Below, one piece after another: positions 47,824 through 59,405 of a DNA stretch of 64,000 bases; position 1 is the stretch's first letter, and every line of letters starts with the position of its first letter. The notes beneath the pieces are model-generated. The model was not told the DNA's origin. It saw nothing but the letters and a program-made list of their open reading frames with translations, and made no database searches. Source of the DNA: Oikopleura dioica (lineage: Eukaryota; Animalia; Chordata); NCBI GenBank assembly GCA_907165135.1, contig OU015568.1, positions 9,052,001-9,116,000 of the forward strand, given 5' to 3'. The translations under genes and the position numbers were made by a program.

Positions 47824-50800
47824 ATGTCCGATTCCGAATCGTCCGATGATGACTTGGCAGGAGTATTCGATTCCTGCTTCGATACAGTCGAAACCGAAGA
47901 AATCGCCGATTCCGACATTGTCAAGCAAAATCAAGCGTCGCGGAGAAAAGTTCACGATGCCTACGCTGCCGGTCCAACTCCGGCCGAAAGAGATGCGAAA
48001 AAGATGGAACTGCTCAAGCTGAAGAACAGGCGGAAAAGACCGATGAATGAGCTGATGGAAGACGAATCCGACAACATTTTTTCCTCTCCAGCGAAACGGA
48101 CGAAAAATAATGAAGAGCCAAAGAATATTTTCGAAGAAGAAAACGAAGAAGAAGAAACGAATATTTTCGAGGAAAAGCCATCTTCTCTTTCTGCTTCTCT
48201 CAAACCGCTCAAGAAAAAGAATCTTCCAAAGAATCCGACCAAAGCTCCAGAATCGTCAAAAACCAACTTTGATTTTTCGCCAAAGAAGAAATCGAAGAAA
48301 TCTGCTCCGGCAATGGACATGGGAGTCATGCAGAGTACGAAGAAAACTGCTTCAAGTCTTGCGGGGACGAGTAGTGAGACGAAATTGCAGAAGCTGTCGA
48401 TTTCGGAAGGAGAATCGGCAGTATGCGGCTTGTCAGGAATTGTCCTCAGGAATGATTTTAACTTCGGACATGTAGGAGTCCTACAGTAGGACTGGAAATG
48501 TCTTGATATAAATTGTCCGATCGATTTAGAAATCATTGACAGAAACCGAGAAGTATCCCATCTTGAAGTAGAAGCGCACATCGGCCTGGCCAAGTTCACG
48601 CATTGCCACTTTCTAGCGACTGGGGCGGATGAAAAAGTCGACTTCGCCACGATCGGCATCGTCGTCCAAAAAGTGCAGCCACAAACTCTTGACAAGAAAG
48701 GAAACCCCTTTACGATTTTCAGCTTATCAAATCTTAGAGACATTCCGAGAACGATCAAAATCATGGCTTTTGGCGAGGCAAGGGTTTTCAGAGGAGGCAC
48801 AGGAAGTGCTGAGATATGAATTGTTTATTTTGTATAATGATCAGTTGGCTCGTTGGTCTAGGGGTATGATACTCGCTTAGGGTGCGAGTGGTCCCGGGTT
48901 CAAATCCCGGACGAGCCCTACTTTTTTCCTTTTTATCATAATTCTAGTGAGAGAATTTTCGATTTCTACCCCTGATACTTTTTATTGAATCATCATCAAT
49001 TGATCCCTTCGCGCGCTTTGCCCCTTGTCGTCTTTTTTCGCCTCTGAAAACCTTCGAAAAGAACCACAAAAAATACTGGAAGACTCAAGTCGGAGCTGTT
49101 TGCCTCGTCGTCAATCCGAAGAAAATGCCCGCCCGTGGAGATTCCAAATACGAACAAGTCCCGACTTTCATGCTCCAGGGACCCGATTGCTTCAAAATCA
49201 TGGGCTTCTCCGCAGATCTGGGCACTTGCACATCGAAAACAGCACAGTAAGATCACTTTCCTGTTTATTGTCATAAAAAAATTCTAGAGGGCAGCCTTGC
49301 CGGCAGTTCGTGAATCTCAGCGTCTCCCAACTCTGTCCGAATCATGTGATGAAGCAGTGGAATCGAGCAAGTTCCGCTCGTGGCGAATTGAGCGCAAAAA
49401 CTGGCACGCACGGTCTTTCTGGCGCTGGAAGTGCGTGGCAAAAGACCAAAGGCGACTTTTTCTTCTCTGGTGGAAAGACTTTCCAAGCGCTTCCTCCTTC
49501 GCAGAATCCAGCGTGCAACAAGAACTCGATGCTTGATTCATTGGCCAAAAGTCATGCGAACAAGGGCGTCAGAGATGGATTGAAGGAGATGAAAAAGAAT
49601 CCTGGAATCGTTGTCATGAACGCTCCAGGTACTTACCACTTTTTGAAGAGCGTTTTTAACGATGATTTAAGCTGGAAAAATGCCGGCTGAAAACACGAAT
49701 GTCATGGTAAAAAGCTCGATGCACGGAGGACGAATGCTTGCCGCCGCTTTGGGAAGATCCCACGAAAATGAAAGTCTGATGGCTTCGAAACGAATGAAAG
49801 CTCCAGATCCAAAAGTGTCCAGCATTTCCGCAGCGCAGCTTTTGAAGCAGAAGAACGAGGAATTCGCAGCTAGAAAGAGGGAAGCACTGAAGAGACAAAA
49901 AGAGGAAGCGATTAAAAAAGCGTCGCAGGGTGGAAACGCTCCTACTCTTGGAGGCGGCCTTTCAAAGGGGTTGAATCTAACGGGAGGGCCGAAAATGGGA
50001 AACTCGCTGTTTTCGAAGCTTGGAGTCTCTAATGATAAAAATCTGTCGAAGAGCGGCGAAAATTGAGAGCAGCGGCAGTTCTCAAGAGCAAAAACGCCAA
50101 AAGTCCAGAAGAAAATAAACAATCTAAAATTCTCCAGCGCGTTTCTCAAAGCATAGGAGAGAAGAAAGAAAAAGTTGAACGGACCTTTATGGGACAGAAA
50201 ACTTCCTGCGTCGATATCAAAGCTATACTGGAGAAAAAGTCGAAGTACCATGCGAGCGTGGAGGATTTGATGTCCGCCGAGCAGGATTTCTACTTTTCCG
50301 TGCTGGAGAAGAAGGAGGAAAGACAGACGAAAATGGATGGTGTTATGAAGGCAGATGCTCAAGTTGTGACTTGCAAAGGTACTTTTGTTATGTGTTTCAT
50401 TCAAGAAATAGCATTAAATTTTATGTGACAGAAATATTATAATTCACACATTACAAATTCATGTGAATGAATGTGGCGACTCCGTAATCGTAATTATCGA
50501 TTTGGTTTTCATTTTATAAATAGAAATGTTTAGAAATGTCTGTATAAATCTAGTTTCGTATCTGATTTTACCCACAACTGTAGCCAAAAGAGGGCGCATT
50601 AGGCGTCTCACAGCGTGGGACTAAGCTGATAGGCTATCAGTGATAGCAATCGTACTAAAGGAAATTTTTGGCACTCAAAGTCGATATTTATTGGAGATTG
50701 AATACTAGCTTATTTTTAGATTGCAAATACACCTACTGGAGTCCTCACGAAAATTGCAAGAAGCAAAACCACAACCTCGTCTGGAAAGAAGCAACAAAGC

Positions 50801-50994
50801 GTTGGTTCCAGTGTAAAAACTGCCCAACTCAACGAGCAATTACATTTTCAAAATATCCCAAAACCAGTTGTTCCTCCTGTGGCCAGGGAACGCGCTGGGT
50901 CAGAGTTGCCGCTGGAGATACGAACAGAGTCGCAGCAAAAGAGCGGGACAGTTTGCTCATTCGAGGAGAAGAGAGAAAATGGGTCAATTCCTGA
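47824..50994 (+). CDS. MCM10: DNA replication factor MCM10
   Basis: SGIVLR/NREVS..DFATIGIVVQK..KGNPFTIFSLSNL..AFGE/NHKKYWKTQVGAV..MGFSADLGTC../GQPCRQFVNLSVSQLCPNHV; C-terminal CKYTYW..KRWFQCKNC..SCSSCG..LLIRGEE. Confidence 0.9.
48847..48918 (+). tRNA. tRNA-Pro (anticodon AGG) inside an MCM10 intron
   Basis: GGCTCGTTGGTCTAGGGGTATGATACTCGCTTAGGGTGCGAGTGGTCCCGGGTTCAAATCCCGGACGAGCCC: 72 nt, full cloverleaf, A/B boxes, T6 terminator at 48922-48927. Confidence 0.97.
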
Positions 50995-51255
50995 TTACTG
51001 TAATTTGAGATCAAGGAAGATTATTCTGCTCTGTCTTCGATGCTTTCGTTTATAATTCTAGCTTCCATTTATTTCTATCTAACTCCTGCCTTTATCTTGT
51101 AATAAACTGTAGTCTTATTCAACCTATTTGTTAGGAAAATATATTTATTTGTGAATATAAAATGTATAAATTACAGTGTTTTCAGCGGAATAATGGAAAA
51201 GAAGCGGCAATAGACAATTGTTATTTTTGTGGCGGCTCATGATTTTGCTTTTTTC

Positions 51256-52730
51256 TTACTTTGGGGAAGAGATGAGAGTTCCATGGTTTTCGACATCAGC
51301 AACGTCCGCAATGGCGACTTTCGAACCGTAACCATAGGCAACTCGGCAATTAATTCCATCGCCAGTTTGCTGATATCGCCTAAAAATTTTTCAGCCGTGT
51401 TTTCAAACCTAGATTATCTTACACTTTATCGGAGCAAACAACGCCGCTTGAAATTTCAGAAACGACGGCCAAATCGGTGCTGATTTTTTGGTCTTTGACT
51501 TTGAAGACGTTTTTGTTGCTTCCGCCAACGAGGAAGGAATCGGTACCGACGAATTGGGCCGTGTAGTAGGAACTTCTTTCGTCTGGGTGCTCTAGAATTA
51601 GTGTTGGGAGGAGTAGAGAGAATGAATTTCGTTACCGAGAATAGTTTTGCGAAGGGTTCCTTCTCGATAGTCCCAGACTTGGATTCCATCATGTCTTCGC
51701 CAAGAAGCGGTCTAAAAAGCTATTAAAAGAGGTCTTAGTTATTATTTTTACCAAAATCGTCTGGTCGTTGGGGTCAATGTCAATACTCTCGCCGCAGATG
51801 TGAGGACCGAAGATGCGTTTCGTGGCGCGTTCCTGTCTTCGGTCCCAGAACTGAACGGTATCGTCCCATCCGCCCGAGACAAAGTTCCAAGTTTCATTTG
51901 GATGATGCTTTAGGGCGTAGACTGCGGTTCGGTGTCCGTCCATGCGCTCCAATGATGGAGAAGCTTGGAATGAATTAAGAAGGGAAAATGGGATAAAGGG
52001 TACCTTTGCAAGTATTAATTTTCTGCAGAGAAGCGAGGTCATAAACATGGATGTCAGAATCTTTTCCAGCTGTGATGAGAGCATCTTGCGTTGGGGTGAC
52101 CATAGTTTGGTAAACTGTTCGATCTTCTTCGATTGTTTGCAAGCACTGGCTGTTACTGACATTCCAGACCTGAAAATAATCATTTTCAATTGTACGATAA
52201 GCTTCTTTAACGATTGCCCATTTACAGCCTCTAATCTGCTATTTTTTGTTTGGCCAATCTGCAACCGGATAAGAATATTCGTTTTTATAAGAATAAGCTG
52301 TAGAATCGAAATAGACTCACCTTGATTTTTCCATCACAATATCCAGCGACAAGTTTATCTTCATTTATCCAGTGGCAAGTAACTGCTGGTAGATTTTTCT
52401 GTCTTGTGTCTGTATCAACTAGATTGTGGAGTTTTCGTCCGTCCGAAATGCGGTAAATGATGACCAAGCCCTTGTTGGTGCAGATCGCAATGAGTTTTTG
52501 GGAAGGACTCACTTTGCAGCAGAAAACGTCGTCATTACAGTCACTACAAATTTGATTAATTATTTTATACTTTTGATACTATTAGCTTACATAATGTGTG
52601 AAATTTGAATTCTTCCTTCGATAATCTGTTTTCCCTCTTGAATCAGTTCTTCTTTCTGTCCCTCGCCAGTTGCATTAGGCATTGGCGACTTGATCTTTGG
52701 TATCTCTGGCAGCGGCTTGATTGCGTTCAT
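51256..52730 (-). CDS. WD40-repeat protein, family not assigned
   Basis: GHRTAVYALKHHPNETWNFVSGGWDDTVQFWDRR..IFGPHICGESIDID; VTCHWINEDKLVAGYCDGKIK; multi-exon. Confidence 0.8.
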
Positions 52731-53107
52731 TTTCTGATTTCGAAAAACTCAAACTGAAATCAGGTTTTAAAAAATGGCCAAAAACACTTTGGCCGACAAG
52801 TGTTCTAGAGATTGTGAAACACTCATTCAACTCAAGTTGTTTATAAAAGGGAGAAAGTATACTAAAGGATACTTGACGATTGAGATTATTCAGAGCATGG
52901 GAGAATAGATTTTTTGCGTCAATGACGATGAGTTCACTTATTTCAATCTATGCAACAGTGCTTTTGACACTAACGCTTCTCTCTTTTTAGACTGGTCGCA
53001 TTTTTACGCCCTCACGTCGTTCCATTACTCACTGAACGTCGTTTTTGTGACGTCACGAGACTTCTCTGGATTCCACACTCGCCGCGGGGGAAGACAGAAA
53101 AGAAACA

Positions 53108-55527
53108 ATGTATCGAGCAACTGTGGGAACGGGCAAGACGTTACTCGGTACTTTGCCTTTTACAGCTCAAATGGTGAACTTGCGGAAAAATCGTGATTTT
53201 ACGAAAATTGAAGATTTACGATGGTTATCTCCAAAAGTACAAATGTGAGAAGAACAGTAAATTGACGGAAGTGGAGAACTTCATGCGCTGTGAGAATTTT
53301 CTCCATGGAGGTAGAAAAAACCCCAACGAATAGTTTCCCCAAATCTTTGTTTTAGTAGTTGAAATTCCAGAAATTGCAAAAAGCGAGCGAATCTACCGTC
53401 ACGAAGCTGGTCATCTTCTCATTATACTCCTTCATTTTGAGTCTCTTTCCGTCTTTCCAGCCCTCGTCTCTTTCCAAAAACGCGCAGATCTAAAGCTCAA
53501 CGCTTACATAAAAGTCGTCGATCTCCCAGAAACGGGCAAGAAGACCTCGACTTCTGACGAAGAAAAGTTCAAGAGCTGGATTTTATATTCCGTCGCTGGG
53601 AAAGCCGCGGAAGCAGTATTCAATGGAACTGAAGGAACAACAGTTTATTCCTTATTGAAAAGGCTCCAGGAAAAAACGAATTCACGTGACCTGCAAATTG
53701 CTCGAATGTACGCATCAAAGGTAGATAAAGTTTTATTAAATAGGTTTAAGGCCGGCATAGTATCTTAATTGTTCCCAGCAGCAAAATTGAATCAGAGCAT
53801 ACGGTCCAAGTCGCGCCCATTGAGCAGAAAATCCACGGAAGAATCCCAGCGGCCCATTCGTTTTCAGAATGTAGCTTAGAGCTGGAAACAAACCGTTAAA
53901 CTTCCCAGGGTTGGTCATTATCACAGTTCTGGCATTCGTAAATGGCGAGCTTAAAATGTTCTTTTCATATTTGTTGAAAAAATGTCGCTGAACCTAGAAC
54001 AAGTGATAGCAAAGCCAGTAATAATCGCTGTGCAGAAAATCAGTCCCAATCGCTCAGCCTCGCTTGGTGCAGAATTATGACCGTAATTGTCGTAATCGCT
54101 ATCTTTCCACGAATGTAAAAATGGAAGAAAATTCTGGAGGGAGGACGACTTCATCGAGTTTTGATGATGATCGGGTGTTTTCTTGAGGAAATCTTTGACT
54201 TCGTTGTAGACGGCTACGTAGGTGATTCCAATGCTTTCGTGGGTTAAGTTTTTCCAAATATTGGCGTTGAAACCATTCAAATGTCAACCCTTTTTCCTCA
54301 TTGCTCTAGTAACACTTGTTCCAACACCTTCATAATAATTCGCCCATCTCAATGACACCGTTTGTTTTATATTATCCACCCGTTTTTTGAACCCCTCTAG
54401 AAAAGGGATGAGGACATCCTGAGATTATTTTAACCCCCCTACGCCACAGAATAGACCTTTACCTCTTATTTTAGCTGCATTGAGGCACTGTATGATGTCT
54501 GTACTCCGAGTCCATAGACTCCCCAAAAGGGGTCAAAATGAGCGAAATCGGGTTTTTCCGGCTTAATGACGTCATAAGTCAAAGAACATGTGACAATAAC
54601 TTTTTCTAAGTACCCCTACGCCACAGATCAGACCCTAAGCTACATTCTGGTAGTTTAGGGAACCCTCTGTGATAACTGTGGTCGGAGAGCATAGACTCCC
54701 CAGCTTGGGTTAATATAAAACAAACGGTGTCAATGGACTTCCCCCGACTTCCCTCGCCAGTTTATAAAGCGGTGGTGGTTTTCCTTGATAACCCTGCGCT
54801 CTCACTTTGAAAAGGTCGGTCGGATGCGCTATTGTCGCGGCCAGTCCAGCGGCGGTGGCACCTGCTGCCATTCTCGAAGCAATTCGCTGAATATCGGATT
54901 CCTTGTTGATCCCACGCTCAAATTGCTCCCGGAAGGGTTCATACAAGCCGAGTCGAAGAGATGAGTAGATGAGTTCTCGAGCCAGGGAAGCAGTAATTCC
55001 TCGATACCAGCCAGAAAACCCCTCTTGAACTATGATGTCTTTCATGACAACGGGAAATGGTCGCACTTGCCCGCGATTAGAGATTTGTTGAAAAACCATC
55101 GCAGTTTCAAAGGGCTACAGTCGTTATAGAATTTACTGACAAAATGGGAGATTTACATGGACGCATAATCCAGCAGTTGCGCAGGATACACCCGCTAAGC
55201 CGATGTTCAGGACTTGCTCTTGATTCATCCTTGCGCTACGTCATAACTAGAGAACATTCATTTTCCAAACATCTCTGAAAACTTCGCTGATCTAAATTCT
55301 AGAGAGTCCTCTTAAAAAAAGATTAATTTTAAATTATTCATTTAAAATCTTTATTCTAGCTCTCCGACGACGAAACGAAGCAAGAAGAAATCATCGCTGC
55401 CAGTTTTTATCAAGCAATAAAAGAAATCAAGGCGAACGAAAGAAAATACGAAGTCATCTTGGAAGCTATAAAGAAAAACAGCTTCATCACAGCATCTGAA
55501 ATTTTCAAATTATTCGAAGAGCTTTAA
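53108..55527 (+). CDS. Stand-alone FtsH/M41-type metallopeptidase domain protein (no AAA domain)
   Basis: YRHEAGHL (53400-53414), SVAGKAAEAVFNG, NSRDLQIARMYA|intron 53721-55359|LSDDETKQEEIIAASFYQAIKEIKANERKYEVILEAIKKNSFITASEIFKLFEEL*; exon phases are consistent. Not in the ORF track. Confidence 0.72.
53736..55228 (-). CDS. Mitochondrial carrier (SLC25, UCP/dicarboxylate-like), nested antisense in the M41 gene intron
   Basis: GWYRGITASLARELIYSSLRLGLYEP, IAHPTDLFKVRAQ, GPLGFFRGFSAQWARLGPYALIQFCCWEQLR. Confidence 0.88.
54434..54702. repeat. Two diverged ~90-bp direct repeats in the SLC25 intron
   Basis: ACCCCTACGCCACAGA...CATAGACTCCCC at ~54434-54530 and ~54612-54702. Confidence 0.55.
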
Positions 55528-55564
55528 TTCTAGTGTAGCGAAATTTAAAGTTCTTTTTTTAAGA

Positions 55565-56594
55565 ATGAGTAAAAGAAGAATCGAAAAGTTCTTGTTGAAT
55601 TATTTCGAAAGCAACAACTATTCAGAAACGCTAAAAACCTTTCAAGATGAAATCAAAGAAGAAAACACTGAGACTCGAATTTTGAGCTTCAAAATCATTA
55701 AAGCTCCGAAAATAATCGTCGATATCGAGGAGAAGAGAAAGAAATCAAGAAAGAAAGAGGAAGTGAAAATTCCAAAAGAATTCAAAAGAATAGCGAAAAG
55801 AGCTGGAATTCCAAAAGATCAATTCGAGTTTTTCTACGAGCATCGGGAGAGCTTTAACTGGGAGCTTTTCAAACCTACAGGTAAAGAGAGGATCCATGCA
55901 AGGCCAAATTGTAATTTTAAGTCTACTGTACTGTCTGCAAAGAAACATCAGAGCACTACAACTTCTGCTTCACCCAGCACATGAAAGAAAAGCACAATTA
56001 CAGTGACACTCCTTGCAACTTCGCTGACTGCAAATTTGTCGCCAACTCGGAAAGCTCGTTGCTCAGACACCAGGCGAGCTTCCATGGAATGGGAAAACGA
56101 AAACCCTCTGCTCGGGCTTGTCTCAAGTGCAAATATCCATCTTGTAATTATCAGGCCTCGATTGATTATGCGCTGCAGAGGCATTACAGTATTCATGAAA
56201 ATAGGAGCGCGGAATGCTATCTTTGACACGGGTTCTCAATCAAATTATCTGACTCAGCTAAAATCACTGAAATCAACAACGAATATTAGATTATTCCCAG
56301 TCGTGTTCAGTTAGCACTTTTTATCTCAAAAATTGGTAACCCAAATTTACCTCAACGCGAATGTGCAACGCGCTCAAGTTTAAAGATCACGTGGCGGCGC
56401 ATTTCAACATCACCGACTTTGATTGCAACTTCTGTACGAAAAAATTCACCAGCAATGTAAAGCGCAACGCTCACGAGCGCGCCTCTCACGGGACTTTTAT
56501 TTGCACCGATTGCGGTCTCGATTTGAAGACGTCTTCGAAATTCAACAAGCATCGGACAAATTGTGAAGAAAGAAAAAAGGCCTTTATGCAATGA
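55565..56594 (+). CDS. LisH-like N-terminus + multiple C2H2 zinc fingers
   Basis: IEKFLLNYFESNNYSETLKTFQDE (LisH pattern); CNFADCKF..LLRHQASFH, CKYPSCNY..LQRHYSIH, CNFCTKKF..NAHERASH, CTDCGLDL..KH. Confidence 0.72.
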
Positions 56595-59405
56595 CTGTTT
56601 TAACTGAATTGAATTCTAGTTGTTGCCAAAGATGAACTTATAAATCAACCCTTTTTATAGCTATTCCGATTGGGAGGAGTGATGCTCCCCGTTGAGTGAA
56701 TCGCTCGACTGACCTTAATTTCAGAGCGCTGTGACATTTCCGCAAAATAAATCGAGTTTTGAACAAAAACAAGGGCCCATTGAAAAATTGTAAAAGTAAA
56801 AAAGTCAACCAGGGCCAAAAAAATTTCTTCTCACCAAAATTCACACAATGAATGAAAAAAGACTCGTACCACAACTAATTGTTCTTCTTTCCCCTTTGAT
56901 ATTCGGTATTAGTTCATCTACAGATTTCGCGAATAATCAGAGGAAACGAAAAATAGTGTACCAATTAGACAGAAATGGCTAGCGATCCGTCCCAAAGGAT
57001 TCATAGCGCTGATTTATAGCGGCTTGCTCAGAGTGTTTGATTCATTAGAGATTTCAGATTCAGATTCTGAGTTTTTAGGACCTTTTCAGGACATAGGGTC
57101 AGTTTTATAAGCCATCTTCAGAGTATCAATCAGTCAAATGATTTCTAGGTTTACTCATTTCTAGGGAAAAATAATCAGACAAAATGACATTTTCCTGAAG
57201 CGCTGCCAAGTCTTTTCTGTCCCCATCTGTCAAAAAATCAGAAGCACGTGTGAGGAAGACGAAGCTTTCTCCCTCTTCCCCTGTCAGATGACAGTCCTCA
57301 GATAGACTTGGCGGCTAAATCGATGTATAATGAGCTTTAGGGGGGCCTTTGCAATTAGCTATCAAACGATTCGCGGATAAATTTGCATCTGTTGCTTCGC
57401 CGAAAAAAAAATCGAACAAATCCCTTCCTAAGTACGGCTTTATTGAACCCTTTAGTTTCACGCCTCAAGATGGCACAACTGTAATAAAATGTTATCCCCT
57501 TTTTCCTCAGCCCTTCAGTTAAAAAACAGTCTTCTGAAACTAAAAGTAAATATTAAAATATTATAATTGAAGCTATTGATTAGTATCATCTTCAATTTAA
57601 TCATTCTCGACTCCGAATCATCCATCAGCGATTAATTAGTTTGAACAAGTATACAACTAACTATCAAACAGAATATACACCAACTCATTAATAATTCCCA
57701 CTAGAGTTCGTTTCAAACTATCTTTCTCTTTTTCTACTTTCGATATTTACTTTCGCTCATGGTTTTTTATTAATGACGGGTCTCAGGGGACCGACTTGGT
57801 ATTCTGGTATCTAGCTACCTCGTGAACAACCGGCTGTACAGTGGTAGGACGGGAACTAAGGGTGGTCGAATTATTCATCACTTTTTTTTGCTACTACGCG
57901 AGATGGATTTTTCAAGTGCACTTTATCAGATACACAACTCACTCCAACTCGCGCCAAGAGCAAAAATGTATAGACTGCCAAGATCAAATTTCGATTACCT
58001 TTTCTACGACTTAGAAATATGCTTTTCACAGCATCTAATACAGATGATACAGTATTAAGAGGCTGCCAGAGAATCAATTTCTACAGCCGCTTATGTTATC
58101 TACAGACACTTAATAATCCCCGCTTCGAGAAACATATTTATATAAACTCTTATTTCTTCCAACCTCAGAAAGGTTTTTAGAGAAAGAGATATTCAGTTTG
58201 GATTTTTCAAAATATTTTTACACTCAGATTTTTCTGACTCTTTCCGTGGACTGGTTTTCTAAACAACCGTGATGCATAATTGATCCCAGGCGGGTGAAAT
58301 AGACACACCTGCTATCTTATTTTAGACCGTGTTGGCCCCAACTCATCAACCTAACAAACCGGAACCGGGCTCTCTTTTTCTCCACGCTTATAAAAATTGT
58401 TAATTTGCCTCTCGATGTTTTTTCACCCTCCCGCTTTCACCGCAAGGCTGATTTCCCCCACTCGCCCGTCTAAATCTAATTTCATAAATTTTTCAACTAA
58501 TCCCCTGTTTTGAAAAACGAAAAGGAAAGATAAAGAAGCCAGCAGAGAAGAGCTCTACTCTCACTCTCTTCTACTTGCGCCCTCGAGCCCACCGGCGCTG
58601 GCGCAATTGGCGCGTTCCACACTGAGCGTAGCTTTTTTGCATTTTTTCGCGTTTTTCACCCCTGCTGGTGTCAAAATTGTTCATTTTTCGGTAATCGAGA
58701 GAATTTCTGAAAGAGACCCCGAAGATTTTTAAGAATGATTTATGCTAAGAAACCGTCGTATTTCCTGAGGTAAAATTAAAATTTTACGATAAATTTCGTC
58801 GCACAATTTATCATGAAATATTACTCAAATTTAAAGCAAACGCAGTTTTATCAAAGGCTTTTTTCGTCTTGCTTTTGCAATATAAAACCCCTTATAGTTC
58901 GTATAAAATAGGCGGCGCAGACTGATGATTTTCTTTAAAAGTCTGTTGTTTGTCAAAAATGCCCTTATTAACGAAACGCCCTCGTTCTTATTAAACAAAA
59001 ACACGACCTTGCTTGTCCGCTAATTCACAATTTCATCACATCGTTCCATAATCCAATGAATTGACAAGTTCACGTCGCTCTTTTGAAAGGCAGGCTGTTT
59101 GGATAGTTTACTGTTGATTCTTTCGCAGCTTAGGGCAAATACTCTTTCAAAAACTTTCCGACCGTGAAGTTTTTTTTATCAAAAGTAACTTTTTTCTTTG
59201 CTCCAAGAAAGTTTATTTATTCTCAAGCTTATTTTTCCTGAATCGATATTTAAACCTTGACGGGTTCTCGATCATCTAATGACGCGCTATTTATTGCGCA
59301 TTCCTTATTTGAATTAGAAATATATTTGAGTTACCAAAATCATTTTTGTATAGAATGTGAACGATAGAAAAAGAGATCGAAACCTCCCCCAAATCAATCA
59401 GAAGA

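Noticed and set aside
47961-48800. 279-aa and 245-aa antisense ORFs over MCM10 (also 42041-42670 over RNF10)
   Set aside because: Ser/Phe-rich antisense shadows of Lys/Glu-rich coding exons.
53721-53768. Tail-to-tail coding overlap of the M41 and SLC25 genes
   Set aside because: A GTAGAT donor and an in-phase downstream exon with M41 terminal helices explain the locus better as nesting.
57780-58080. tRNA-like boxes near 57830 and a small minus-strand ORF
   Set aside because: No cloverleaf and no recognisable protein motif.
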